From a virus (taxonomy: Duplodnaviria; Caudoviricetes), in IMG/VR virus record IMGVR_UViG_3300035498_000327, positions 1 through 64,000 of that record: a stretch of DNA of 64,000 nt, one strand, 5' to 3'. Positions 20,251 to 30,071 of the stretch are shown here, one piece after another (positions within the stretch are counted from its first letter, which is position 1; each line of letters opens with the position of its first letter). The position numbers were made by a program, and so were the translations under genes. The notes beneath the pieces are model-generated. The model had not been told where the DNA came from, made no database searches, and saw nothing but the letters and a program-made list of their open reading frames with translations.

Positions 20251-21429
20251 TCACTTTAATTCATCCAGTGCGTCGTAGTTGAAGAACAAACCATATTGTC
20301 GTTTGTCAACTATCTTCTTTCTAGAGAGCTGCTCTCTAAGATCACGATAACGTAAAGCTACTTCTCTCCACTTCTTAATCTCTGCTTCAGACAAACCTTC
20401 CGTATTGTAGATGTAATCTTCAAGAAGATTGATTCTACTGTTGATCTGTCTGAGGGCATAGTATGCATCCTCTTCAGTCTCAGCGTTCTTAACCCTGATA
20501 GTATACTCATAGAGGTCGTCTTCGATAGCTCTAAGCCCATTCTTCTTAATGTTTCCGAACAGACTTCCTCCGGACTTTGCTTCTCTCATGATACGAGCTG
20601 ACTCAATCATTACGTCTGTATTGATTCTCTGTAAGCTCTTGATAGTCCTATCAGTCTCCGCTTTCAACAGCTTAGAACCGGTGAATCCCATGGCTTCCTT
20701 AAGGGTCTCGATTGCAGAGGGTCCATTGTGTTTTACGTCTCTATAAAGGTTAAAAGCCCACTTTATGAGCACCAGATTAGGATCTTTCACAGTGCTTCCA
20801 ATTCCAAAAACGCTTGATCTAGCCTTTATCAGTGCACTCATTAAGGAATCGCGTAAATTTGCAGAATTGATGAATTCATTGGAAAGAATATCGTCTACAT
20901 CCTCCTTATAAGTAGAAGATGTAATCTTAATGAGAGCATCTTTAATAGCAAAGATAAGAATCTGTGAATAGTTCACTGAGTCCTTAATACTGATAGCTTC
21001 GTCCTCGTTTGCGATATAGAGATCAATGATGGATCTTACTTCATTGATAGGCCCTGGCCCTAAGACCAATGAACTTACTTCATGCAGAAGATAAGCAGAG
21101 ATCTCTGATGCTTCTAAGCCTGCACTAAACAACTTAGAATCAATCTCAAGCATATATCTGTTGATTTCCATTTCTTTATCTGAGAAGAGGATATCAACAA
21201 GATCGTTAGGAGTTAGTGTAGGATTGATCATGATACCGAAGAACATCTTGTCTGTGTTCTCTGTATACATTACATCAACACAAGTCTTAGTAGGGAATAT
21301 CTTATTGAGAGTATCTCTAATGACTTTGGTGTCTACTGTAGCAGAATCTCCACTTGCGATATTTGTAAAGGCTGCGTCAAGTCTATTCTTGTCCGTTTCA
21401 CTCATCGCAGCCAATATAGCCTTATCCAT
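20251..21429 (-). CDS. Probable head/virion protein
   Basis: Directly downstream of the capsid gene; degenerate zincin-like LLHEV. Confidence 0.5.
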   Translation of the reverse strand: MDKAILAAMSETDKNRLDAAFTNIASGDSATVDTKVIRDTLNKIFPTKTCVDVMYTENTDKMFFGIMINPTLTPNDLVDILFSDKEMEINRYMLEIDSKLFSAGLEASEISAYLLHEVSSLVLGPGPINEVRSIIDLYIANEDEAISIKDSVNYSQILIFAIKDALIKITSSTYKEDVDDILSNEFINSANLRDSLMSALIKARSSVFGIGSTVKDPNLVLIKWAFNLYRDVKHNGPSAIETLKEAMGFTGSKLLKAETDRTIKSLQRINTDVMIESARIMREAKSGGSLFGNIKKNGLRAIEDDLYEYTIRVKNAETEEDAYYALRQINSRINLLEDYIYNTEGLSEAEIKKWREVALRYRDLREQLSRKKIVDKRQYGLFFNYDALDELK

Positions 21430-21487
21430 GTATGTTTCTCCTTTCTTGTTTATTTTTAATTCAAAGTTTAGCCAATACAAAATAATA

Positions 21488-21515
21488 CGGGGTAGGCCTT
21501 TCTGGACCTACCCCG
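21488..21515 (-). terminator. Hairpin after capsid gene
   Basis: CGGGGTAGG/CCTACCCCG stem. Confidence 0.6.
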
Positions 21516-21536
21516 ATCTGTAGCTTAATCTTATTC

Positions 21537-23288
21537 TTATGCTTCAACTAATCCGGTCGGATTCAGAATCTGAATACGTCCCTGAACTGGCTGATACTCA
21601 ACGAACTTCCAATCCTCATAAGCGTGGATTGCTGGCAGAGCCGGGTTCGCGATGTTACGGATTTCATTGGAAATGTACAGCTGATAGTCATAGATTCTGT
21701 AGATGATTCTCTCGCTGTTACGCGGGTTCAACAGAATCATCAGCTCGCAGGTACCTCTCATCTTATCGGAACCGATGAAGTTGTAAACTCTCTTGTCGGA
21801 TGTGTTAACAATGGTCTGAGTGTAGTCCAAGGTAACAGGACCGATGTTTGCCGGAGCCTGATAGCTGTATTCCTTCGGGGTAATCTTACGCACGATTTCC
21901 GGATCACCAAAGATTGTAACGGTCATGTTAGGATCATTCAATACCTGAAGCATTCTGGTTACATAACCATCCAGGTAATCCATGAATGTCTTATGACGCC
22001 ATTCAACATGATCCAGAGCGTATCCGTCACGCGGTGCGAAATCGAACTTGCCCCAGAATGATGTTCTCTCATCCATTCTCTTGTAGCTGGTATCCAGCTC
22101 CATCTTGATATGGTCGTCCTTGTAGTTGGACATAGCGTTCTTGAACATGCCCATCAGCTTGGTCAGCTGATTTACGTTGTACATAGCAGCCAGGTCTTTT
22201 ACTTCCCTCGGGCTGATAGTGGTATTGATCGGAATGTTTGTAGGAATCTCAACCAGGTCGGTATCAACTTTCCACTTAACCTGGCAGGTTTCCAGCATGG
22301 CATTACTGGTATCCAGCTTAGCGGAAAGCTTAACAGCTGTAATCTTTCCGTAGGTAGCCATGATGTTGAACTTGTTCTTGTTCATAGAACCGGAAATGGC
22401 TTCTTTAATCTCTACTTGTTTTGTTTCTCCATCTACTTTCTGCTTACAGCTAATCGTCAGAGGCTGCACAACAGTTCTTTCGAAGTGGTTTGGTCCACCG
22501 TAGTTCGGAGTGAATCTGATGTTGGTCCTGAACCAAACGTCATCAGTCTCTTCAGCTTCAGCGATCTCGCCGCCTTTTTCGATGTATCCTTCATCATTAG
22601 GTTTAATGTCGCCTTCTTCGATAACAACACCTTCTACCTTTACAGCAGAGATATATGTATCAATACCCAGGCTGTCCAGGGAAGTACCGCCAAGTTCTGC
22701 CAGGATGTCGTTGTCATCCTCTGTCTGCGGCAGCGTCAGCTCGAACTCTTTCATCGGGTTCGTAGCATCGATAGCTGCGGTCATCTTGTTCTGATCCAAG
22801 AACATATCCAGCTCTTCTCCCTCCGGAGTAACCAAGATACGTCTCTCAAGAGAAATGGTAAACTTGGGCTGCACGGCCGTAACCTTCTGAATACCACCTT
22901 TGTCAAATACGTTGTTCATTAAGATGAGTTTATGGATAGGCAAAGCCATACCAACTACCGGGTTGTACTCAGCCAGGGTAGCGTGCTCAAACATAGCATG
23001 GCAGTCGTTCTCGAACTGCTCCTCCATCATCTCTTCTTCGTCATCAATATCTTCTGGCTCCAACTCACCGTTGGATGTATCAACAGAATCCTCAACAAAG
23101 AAACGCTTCATGGTTTCTTTAGTTGACGGACGACGCATAACCTTGGTTGGCTCTTCGAAGATGTCACATCCGTCTTCATTCAGGATGTAACTTGCGGTCT
23201 CCAAAAAAGTCTTTGCAAATGGATATAAGGGATCTTTTCTGTAAGAAGATCCAGCGACAGTTTGCTGTCTTGTTCCACCAATAGGCAT
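21537..23288 (-). CDS. Probable major capsid protein
   Basis: 583 aa; strongly biased codon usage typical of a highly expressed gene; own late-promoter motif (23370-23381); in the head cluster near the prohead protease; acidic N-terminal pro-region. Confidence 0.6.
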   Translation of the reverse strand: MPIGGTRQQTVAGSSYRKDPLYPFAKTFLETASYILNEDGCDIFEEPTKVMRRPSTKETMKRFFVEDSVDTSNGELEPEDIDDEEEMMEEQFENDCHAMFEHATLAEYNPVVGMALPIHKLILMNNVFDKGGIQKVTAVQPKFTISLERRILVTPEGEELDMFLDQNKMTAAIDATNPMKEFELTLPQTEDDNDILAELGGTSLDSLGIDTYISAVKVEGVVIEEGDIKPNDEGYIEKGGEIAEAEETDDVWFRTNIRFTPNYGGPNHFERTVVQPLTISCKQKVDGETKQVEIKEAISGSMNKNKFNIMATYGKITAVKLSAKLDTSNAMLETCQVKWKVDTDLVEIPTNIPINTTISPREVKDLAAMYNVNQLTKLMGMFKNAMSNYKDDHIKMELDTSYKRMDERTSFWGKFDFAPRDGYALDHVEWRHKTFMDYLDGYVTRMLQVLNDPNMTVTIFGDPEIVRKITPKEYSYQAPANIGPVTLDYTQTIVNTSDKRVYNFIGSDKMRGTCELMILLNPRNSERIIYRIYDYQLYISNEIRNIANPALPAIHAYEDWKFVEYQPVQGRIQILNPTGLVEA

Positions 23289-23403
23289 AACCTCTATCTC
23301 CTTTCATAAGATAAATTTTTGTTATTAACCATAAATCCCACCATGAAGCGGAAGTCTAGGGCTAATCTTTACAATAATGTTATAATTTGTAGTTTTTAAC
23401 AGG

Positions 23404-24135
23404 CTACTTAACTGCATCTTTTTGCTTTACTTTGTCGAGTTCTTGTACTGTAAGCTTGATACCATTGAGGATAGACAAGTACCTATTGAAGTTGACGTCA
23501 TTCTCTATATAGGAATTGCTATCGTAGACATTAAGAAGATAGTAGCTGATATACTCCTTAAGATCATACATAACCGTCAGTATTCTCTTGATGATAGGCT
23601 TGAAGTCCTCGTTCTCATCTTCGATAAGTTGGTTGAACTTTTCTATCAGTCCATTACACTTACCATACAACTCGACATACATTCTCTTGAGAGTCTGAAT
23701 CTTTCTCTTCTTCTCACTCTCAGACAAAGAGTCAAACAGTTCTCTATCAAGAGCTTTCTCCTCAGAGTCTGTGTCAGAACTCTCTTCACCGGAATTATCG
23801 TCCTGATTGTCGTCGGTGTTATCATCTCTATTTCCGTCATCATTGTTCTCTTCTTCCTGGTCAGGTTCAGAGTCTATATCGTAGTCGTCGTTCTCTGACT
23901 GGTTGTCATCGTTGTTGTCGTCCTGGTTATCGTCTTCTTGGTTTTCATCTGTATTGTCTTCCTGATTAGAGTCATCAGTAGCTTCAGTATCGCCATTGTC
24001 TGTATCATTATTATCACCAGCGTCAGCATTATCATCTCCACCTCCTCCATCATCATTAGAAACAGTGGGAGCACCTGCTGGAGTTTCGTCGTCTTCTCCT
24101 TCTTCGAATAAGAATCTACGTTTAATGAATGGCAT
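23404..24135 (-). CDS. Acidic head/scaffold-like protein
   Basis: D/N/E-rich N-terminal half, helical C-terminal half. Confidence 0.5.
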   Translation of the reverse strand: MPFIKRRFLFEEGEDDETPAGAPTVSNDDGGGGDDNADAGDNNDTDNGDTEATDDSNQEDNTDENQEDDNQDDNNDDNQSENDDYDIDSEPDQEEENNDDGNRDDNTDDNQDDNSGEESSDTDSEEKALDRELFDSLSESEKKRKIQTLKRMYVELYGKCNGLIEKFNQLIEDENEDFKPIIKRILTVMYDLKEYISYYLLNVYDSNSYIENDVNFNRYLSILNGIKLTVQELDKVKQKDAVK

Positions 24136-24160
24136 ATGATCTACCTCCTTTCCTATGTGC

Positions 24161-26986
24161 TTATTCTTCCCTCAGACCAGTAGCAGAACCAGGAAGTATG
24201 TCCTTACCAATTCTGATATTGTATCTGATTCTCTGATACTGCCTCTGTAAGTCTTTCTTATATGCAAGAAGCTTACGATACTTCTTCATATTATCATTAC
24301 GCTCTGCAATAGCAATCTCTTTCTCAACTACTTCCAATTCTGTAGAGAGCTCATCAAGCATAAGTAATCTCTCTTTCTTGGTAAGTCTCTTAGAGGCAGC
24401 AAAGCCTCCTACTGCTGTAATAACTCCGGCCGCAGGATTGATAGCTGAGATACCGGCAAGAGCAATAGCTGTCTTAATACATCTAGAGAATGATGGGATA
24501 ATAGAACCCTTAATGATAGCTTCTCTTCTATCGCTAACTAATGCATTCTTTATACCCTTAGTCAGACGGTCGAAGTCCATATCGAGATTCTTAGATATCT
24601 CTTTCTCTTTAGTACTAGCATCCTTCAGCTTAGCCTTGATACCTTTAGCAAACAGTTTCAGATTAGTAATGTTTACCCCGGCGAATGGGTTATGAGGATC
24701 ATTCTTACCAGACTCATCTGGTCTATCTAGTTTGATCTTTTCCTTAACCTTATCTACGATATTCTTACCATCCTTACCGTCATCTTTAGTATCCTTCTCA
24801 TCCTTGATGTCTTTTTTGTTCTTGTCGTCATTATTCTTATCTTTGTTGATAGGAACCTTTTCACGGATCTTATCTCCGATGGTCTTCTTGTCCTCTTCCT
24901 TCTTCATCTCTTCTTTCTTCTTATTGATAGCCTTCTTCTCATCATCAGACTCAAGAAGTGAAGAAATGATATTACAAGCTTCCATCTGGAGATTTAAAGG
25001 AGCTTCTTCATGACCCCAGTTCTTCATAGCCCACTTAATCTCTCCGGATTCTGTGTATGTATCCTTAGTATGACTCTCACTATAAGAAGAGTATAGTTTA
25101 TCTATATCTTCTCTAGTAATAGTGTCTACATACTTAGAAGCCTCTATAATAGAAGAGAACCTAGCAGAGTCGATATCATTGATACGGGACTGTATAGACT
25201 CTACAATACCACTATAGAGATCTATGTCTACAGAGTCTAAGATAGCTGCTTCATGCTCTATCTCAAGAACACGTCTCTTATCTTCTTCTGATAACTCTCC
25301 TTTAGCCTCTTTCTCTTCATCATCAGAGAGAAGTATAGTAGAGTATCCTTCGAGTCTAATCTCTACAGTGTCTGGATTCACAACGTAGTATACCTTACCT
25401 TCAGACTGTGAACCAAGAACGTTCTTGTTGATCTGCTCACAAACCTCAGTAAGTACATCTTGTACCTCCCAGAAGTTAGACTCATCAACGATTCTGTAGC
25501 TGCATACGCATATATCGGAAGTATCGTTCTCTGTGATAGTCTCATATAGAGAAGTCTCTTTAAGACCTTTTTTCTTTTTGATAGGAGTAAGCTTGCCTGC
25601 AATCTTATCCATCAACTTCTTGCCTTTACCCTTAATGAACTTGTCTGCATCCATAGCAGCCTTGATAAGATTCTGGAACTTGAATATCTTAAATTCATTA
25701 AGGTAATAAGCATGAGAGATAGGAGAATCAATAGACTCATTGATACTTCTAATCATATCAACGTTCTCGTTTGTGTATACGAAACTTCTGAGCTCATTAA
25801 GCTTATCTATTGCTTCCTTATAGGCATCCTTAAGAGCTACATACTTAGAGGCAATAGGTTGTTCAAGCTCACCAGACAACTCTACATCTAAAGCCTCTAA
25901 AGCTCTAGTATAGTGAGCAACGATATCATCAAGCTCATCTCTACTATACGTCCATGGAACACTATCCATCTGAGAGTAGATATTCTCCGGAATAGTTCTA
26001 AGCAGTCTAGTAATGTCTGATATGTCGTAGTCATCTGTGAGCATAAAGTCCTTAACGAACTTCAGTACTGCGCCGAAGTTCTTACAGAAATCGCTTCTAT
26101 CATGACAGTACCCAATAGGCATAGTTCTAATTACAGATCCAAATCCGGTGTCTACATCCTTATCATCTGACTTGATGTAGTCATTAAGACATCTCAAGAT
26201 GCATGAGCCATTATTGTCTTCATATTCTTCTTCAGTAAAGTATCTAAGAGAACTAGTATCATTATCTGTAATCATAGAGTTCTCTGAGAGGACAAGCTTC
26301 ATACCATCCCGGTCTTTGTCTGTAATGTCTCTCTTAGTCAGATAATACTCTGTGACATACTTCACTAATTTTCCGGAATCATATAGAGCCTTATGCTTCT
26401 GTAAGTCGTAAGAAGCTTCCTCCAAAGTAAGACTAAGTCTCTGAGATAGAGTCTGATCACTACAGCTCTCATCTATCACTCTACAGATTCTTTGAGCAAA
26501 TCTCTCTACTCCTTTTCCGATAGTGGACTCTACTATATCATCTATATCATACTGCTCCTGGAGCTTCTCATGGTTAGAGGAGATTCTATCACACATGATA
26601 TATTGCTTAGAAGCACACTCAATAAGCATTCTCTGGTGATACGTAAGATCGTATCTAGGAAGAACATATTCCACCACGTAATCTGGATTGCTGATATAGG
26701 GCAGTATACTACCTACAAACTTATTCGCCAGCTTATTAGCGTACTGATAATCGTTGGAATATCCTTGGATCATCTGCAAGCATCCCTCATAGTAAGCATT
26801 AGCATTGTTAGGGCATTCGCAAGAATGGAAGAACTGGTTTACATCGCTCTTGGCTTCCTGGAACCTCTCTTTCCGTATTGAGGCAGTAGCTCTCTCTAAG
26901 TACACTTTACAGTCAGGCTTGTTGTAGTCAGAGGAAATTGATTTGGCTCTTTTCTCAACCAAACCATAGTTCACATAGTGTCTCAT
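24161..26986 (-). CDS. Large probable head protein
   Basis: 941 aa; late-promoter motif at 27015-27026; K/D-rich linker. Confidence 0.5.
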   Translation of the reverse strand: MRHYVNYGLVEKRAKSISSDYNKPDCKVYLERATASIRKERFQEAKSDVNQFFHSCECPNNANAYYEGCLQMIQGYSNDYQYANKLANKFVGSILPYISNPDYVVEYVLPRYDLTYHQRMLIECASKQYIMCDRISSNHEKLQEQYDIDDIVESTIGKGVERFAQRICRVIDESCSDQTLSQRLSLTLEEASYDLQKHKALYDSGKLVKYVTEYYLTKRDITDKDRDGMKLVLSENSMITDNDTSSLRYFTEEEYEDNNGSCILRCLNDYIKSDDKDVDTGFGSVIRTMPIGYCHDRSDFCKNFGAVLKFVKDFMLTDDYDISDITRLLRTIPENIYSQMDSVPWTYSRDELDDIVAHYTRALEALDVELSGELEQPIASKYVALKDAYKEAIDKLNELRSFVYTNENVDMIRSINESIDSPISHAYYLNEFKIFKFQNLIKAAMDADKFIKGKGKKLMDKIAGKLTPIKKKKGLKETSLYETITENDTSDICVCSYRIVDESNFWEVQDVLTEVCEQINKNVLGSQSEGKVYYVVNPDTVEIRLEGYSTILLSDDEEKEAKGELSEEDKRRVLEIEHEAAILDSVDIDLYSGIVESIQSRINDIDSARFSSIIEASKYVDTITREDIDKLYSSYSESHTKDTYTESGEIKWAMKNWGHEEAPLNLQMEACNIISSLLESDDEKKAINKKKEEMKKEEDKKTIGDKIREKVPINKDKNNDDKNKKDIKDEKDTKDDGKDGKNIVDKVKEKIKLDRPDESGKNDPHNPFAGVNITNLKLFAKGIKAKLKDASTKEKEISKNLDMDFDRLTKGIKNALVSDRREAIIKGSIIPSFSRCIKTAIALAGISAINPAAGVITAVGGFAASKRLTKKERLLMLDELSTELEVVEKEIAIAERNDNMKKYRKLLAYKKDLQRQYQRIRYNIRIGKDILPGSATGLREE

Positions 26987-27108
26987 ATACTATTCTCCTT
27001 TCCCTTTTCTAGATTATAGTATTGTTAAACACCACCTAAAATGGTAGGCCTTAACATCATCATAAATACGAAGTTTCGCATTCTTAGAGACGGAAAGGAG
27101 ATAATATT

Positions 27109-27930
27109 ATGATTCCAAAGAATATTGGGTATATTATCTGCGAATCTGATATCACCTCGGCTGAGGTGACTAATGTCGTTGGCAATACGAGTGGAAAGAT
27201 CATTGCTGAAGGCATTATTCAGACAGCGGATGAAAGAAATAGAAATGGAAGATTCTATCCTAAGGAAGAACTGTTTCCTCAGCTTGTAGCACCAAGAACC
27301 CTTGAGCTCTTGAATGCTGGATACTTAAGAGCTGAGATGGGCCATCCATTATCAAAAGAGCTTATTAGACAGCAGACTATTGATGATACAAGAACTTGTG
27401 CTAGATTCCTTAAGTTATGGACAGAAGGGCTTAATGTATGGGCACGGTTCACCGGTACCAACAATGAGCATGGTAAGGCATTCATGGCTGACTTAGCAGA
27501 AGGATGTAAGCCTGCATGGTCCTTGAGAGCTTTAGGTTCTATCGAAAACACTAGAAGAGGTGCTGAGGTAAGAAACCTTAAGGTTATCACATGGGACCAG
27601 GTTATCTATCCATCTCACCCTGGAGCTTATACACAGCGTATAGTGTCTGAGTCTGCCGGAGTTAGAGACTTTGATACAAAGGGAGAATCACTTATTATTC
27701 CTTTGACTAATAAGCAGGTTCTCAACTACATTAGATCGGAGTCAGCAAACCTTAAGTTCATGACAGAATGCTTCGACTTCATGTATGACAGTATCAATAT
27801 CAATGAGAGTAACTCTACTGTTACACTTACCGGAAAAGATGGAGATATCATGGTAGTGAATCTTGAGACTCATATCCACAATGAGATCATGAATTACTGT
27901 TCTGAGGTAGCTTCATACTTTGAGAAATAG
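27109..27930 (+). CDS. Prohead core protease (T4 gp21-like)
   Basis: ADERNRNGRFYP, AEMGHP, WSLRALGS, TWDQVIYPSHPGAY. Confidence 0.85.
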   Translation: MIPKNIGYIICESDITSAEVTNVVGNTSGKIIAEGIIQTADERNRNGRFYPKEELFPQLVAPRTLELLNAGYLRAEMGHPLSKELIRQQTIDDTRTCARFLKLWTEGLNVWARFTGTNNEHGKAFMADLAEGCKPAWSLRALGSIENTRRGAEVRNLKVITWDQVIYPSHPGAYTQRIVSESAGVRDFDTKGESLIIPLTNKQVLNYIRSESANLKFMTECFDFMYDSININESNSTVTLTGKDGDIMVVNLETHIHNEIMNYCSEVASYFEK

Positions 27931-27951
27931 AATAGCGTAGAGGTGATAAGC

Positions 27952-28740
27952 ATGGCAATAAGCAATAAGATGACCGACCTTCTCAACAAGATAGAGAGAA
28001 GATTAGGGCTTATACCGTTAACGCCTCACTTACCAGAGAATCTTAACAAAGCAGCCTGGGCTAAAGTCATCGAGGAAGATACTTTAGTTACTTTCTCTAG
28101 GTACTTCTATCATAAGATTAGATTCTTAGTTAATGACGAGACAACTTACAATAAAATCGAGAACGGTGTTAAGGTATACTATATCAAGGATGAGTACTTA
28201 CAGGGAATGAAATTACTCGGTGTGGAGGATATAGACTGGCAGGATTTCAGTGGGGATAATATAGCCTTAGCCCAGACTGGAGGCTATGGTTACTATACTC
28301 CTAACTATATCGGCTGTCCTGTATGTACTTATGAGACTATGATGGGTTATCAGATGATGGCTGATATGCAGAGTCTGTATAACCAAGGTATATACGTAGA
28401 CTTTGAGTATCCAAACAAGTTGATACTTTCTGGAATAGGAGGTACTGTCATAAACATAAAGAAGTTTGTGGTAAACCTTCTGGTCCAGCATCCTAATCTT
28501 AATACTATCTCACCTACTAAGATGGAAACCTTTGAAGCCCTGGCACAAGCAGACGTAGCAAACTTCTTACAGAAGAACTTGAGATATGTAGACGGGTTAG
28601 AGACTGTCTATGTGAATATAGATCTGAAGCTTAGTGAGTTGGAGTCTGAAGCTGGTAAGAGAGACAATATTATCGATGATATCAAGAATTCCTATGTATC
28701 TGCATCTAATGATAATATCCCATACATTTTAACGGTATAA
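27952..28740 (+). CDS. Hypothetical virion (neck-like) protein
   Basis: Operon with the protease; neck assignment from position only. Confidence 0.35.
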   Translation: MAISNKMTDLLNKIERRLGLIPLTPHLPENLNKAAWAKVIEEDTLVTFSRYFYHKIRFLVNDETTYNKIENGVKVYYIKDEYLQGMKLLGVEDIDWQDFSGDNIALAQTGGYGYYTPNYIGCPVCTYETMMGYQMMADMQSLYNQGIYVDFEYPNKLILSGIGGTVINIKKFVVNLLVQHPNLNTISPTKMETFEALAQADVANFLQKNLRYVDGLETVYVNIDLKLSELESEAGKRDNIIDDIKNSYVSASNDNIPYILTV

Positions 28741-28808
28741 AGGAGTAACTTGGGTAGGGTTATAGTAATCCTACCCTTTATTTGTATTACTATAAGGAGG
28801 TAATCGAG

Positions 28809-29300
28809 ATGATACATTATTGTTCTGGAGACGTATACAAATCGGAAGAGGTAGACATTATATTCAATCCGGTGGGAGTTAGAGATAACAGTAAAGGGTT
28901 TATCAAGAAAGTAAAGAAGTTGTATCCTGAAGCATATGAGCAGTATAATGAGAGAGTCTGGATGTATAGCGTCATGGAACTAATGGGAGATATACAGCTT
29001 GTCTATATAGACAATGGAAGATTTGTATTCAACGCATTCTGCAAAGATAGGAATGGTAATATCGACAAGCTTGCTTTCACTAAGACCCTTGTAGAGATCT
29101 GTAACTTATGTCACGAGTATCATGCCTCTCTTGGTATAGAGTATGCTTTAGGTGTACAAGAGAAACCAGAGAGAAAGTGGTTATCAACTATCATAAAGGA
29201 AACCTTTAGGGGAGTAGATGATGTGGAAGTCACAGTATATGACAGACCAGTGCATCATAAGTCTAAGAATACAAATGTAAAGCATAACAAGAATAGGTAA
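28809..29300 (+). CDS. Macrodomain (ADP-ribose-processing-like) protein
   Basis: GDVY..EVDIIFNPV...GF...VKKLYPEAY..Y...GDI..V...RFVFNAF pattern; degenerate. Confidence 0.55.
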   Translation: MIHYCSGDVYKSEEVDIIFNPVGVRDNSKGFIKKVKKLYPEAYEQYNERVWMYSVMELMGDIQLVYIDNGRFVFNAFCKDRNGNIDKLAFTKTLVEICNLCHEYHASLGIEYALGVQEKPERKWLSTIIKETFRGVDDVEVTVYDRPVHHKSKNTNVKHNKNR

Positions 29301-29444
29301 CATTATCGTAAGGGTACAATGCCGAGTCCCTTAACGAAGTTTTTCCATGATGAGTCTTTTTTCAAAAGGACAAATCCTCCGGACCTTGGACAAGTCCGGA
29401 GGATACCTCCCCTCCCTTCTCACACATTGCAATGTGACATTTAA

Positions 29445-29471
29445 GCCCGTGCACAATCTGGGTGCACGGGC
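29445..29471. terminator. GC-rich hairpin, probably bidirectional
   Basis: GCCCGTGCAC/GTGCACGGGC 10-bp stem. Confidence 0.65.
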
Positions 29472-29489
29472 CTATTTGTCTTCTCTATC

Positions 29490-29894
29490 TTATTTGGCTT
29501 TCCGCTGAGCCTTAATGTAATCCTTCTGAGCAATCTTGGAGATCTTGCTGGCCTTGTTGCCGTACTTCTGCATGATCTTTGCGATAAACTCCTTTTCTTT
29601 CTTTCTGTTCTTAACCAGCTTAGTCCACAGAGGATCTTTGTTCTGCTTAGCCAGCTCGAATGCTGTCAGCTTTTCCCTACGTTTCAGGTCGTCTGCCTTT
29701 CCCAATCTCATCAAGGTAGGTTTCTTGAAAACACCTTTCTCCATAAGGGCCTGCGCCTCTGCTGACTCACAGAACTCCTTAATCTGTTCCTCGGAACCTC
29801 GTGAAATGTCATCGTATAAGAACTTCTCTACAAGAGCCGAAAGATCAACACCCTCGGTCATAGAACCGATCACGTCACTACCAAAAATACTCAT
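29490..29894 (-). CDS. Small probable head protein
   Basis: 134 aa, basic C-terminus, AGGAGG SD, late-promoter motif at 29950-29961, biased codons. Confidence 0.6.
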   Translation of the reverse strand: MSIFGSDVIGSMTEGVDLSALVEKFLYDDISRGSEEQIKEFCESAEAQALMEKGVFKKPTLMRLGKADDLKRREKLTAFELAKQNKDPLWTKLVKNRKKEKEFIAKIMQKYGNKASKISKIAQKDYIKAQRKAK

Positions 29895-30071
29895 AGTATG
29901 TTTCCTCCTTTAAGAATTTTATATTTGTGAGCTTTATAAGCTCTTGATTTACAGTAATGTTAAAAAGCCACCATATTCAGTGGAATCTTATATCTTCTGC
30001 GACATCCAAGTAATACTGTGAAAGGAGATATACTATAGATACGATAATATAAAGAAAGGAGAGTACCAAAT

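Noticed and set aside
21624-22922. Long antisense ORFs (145 and 270 aa) opposite the capsid gene
   Set aside because: Expected shadow of strong codon bias; no SD or recognisable motifs.
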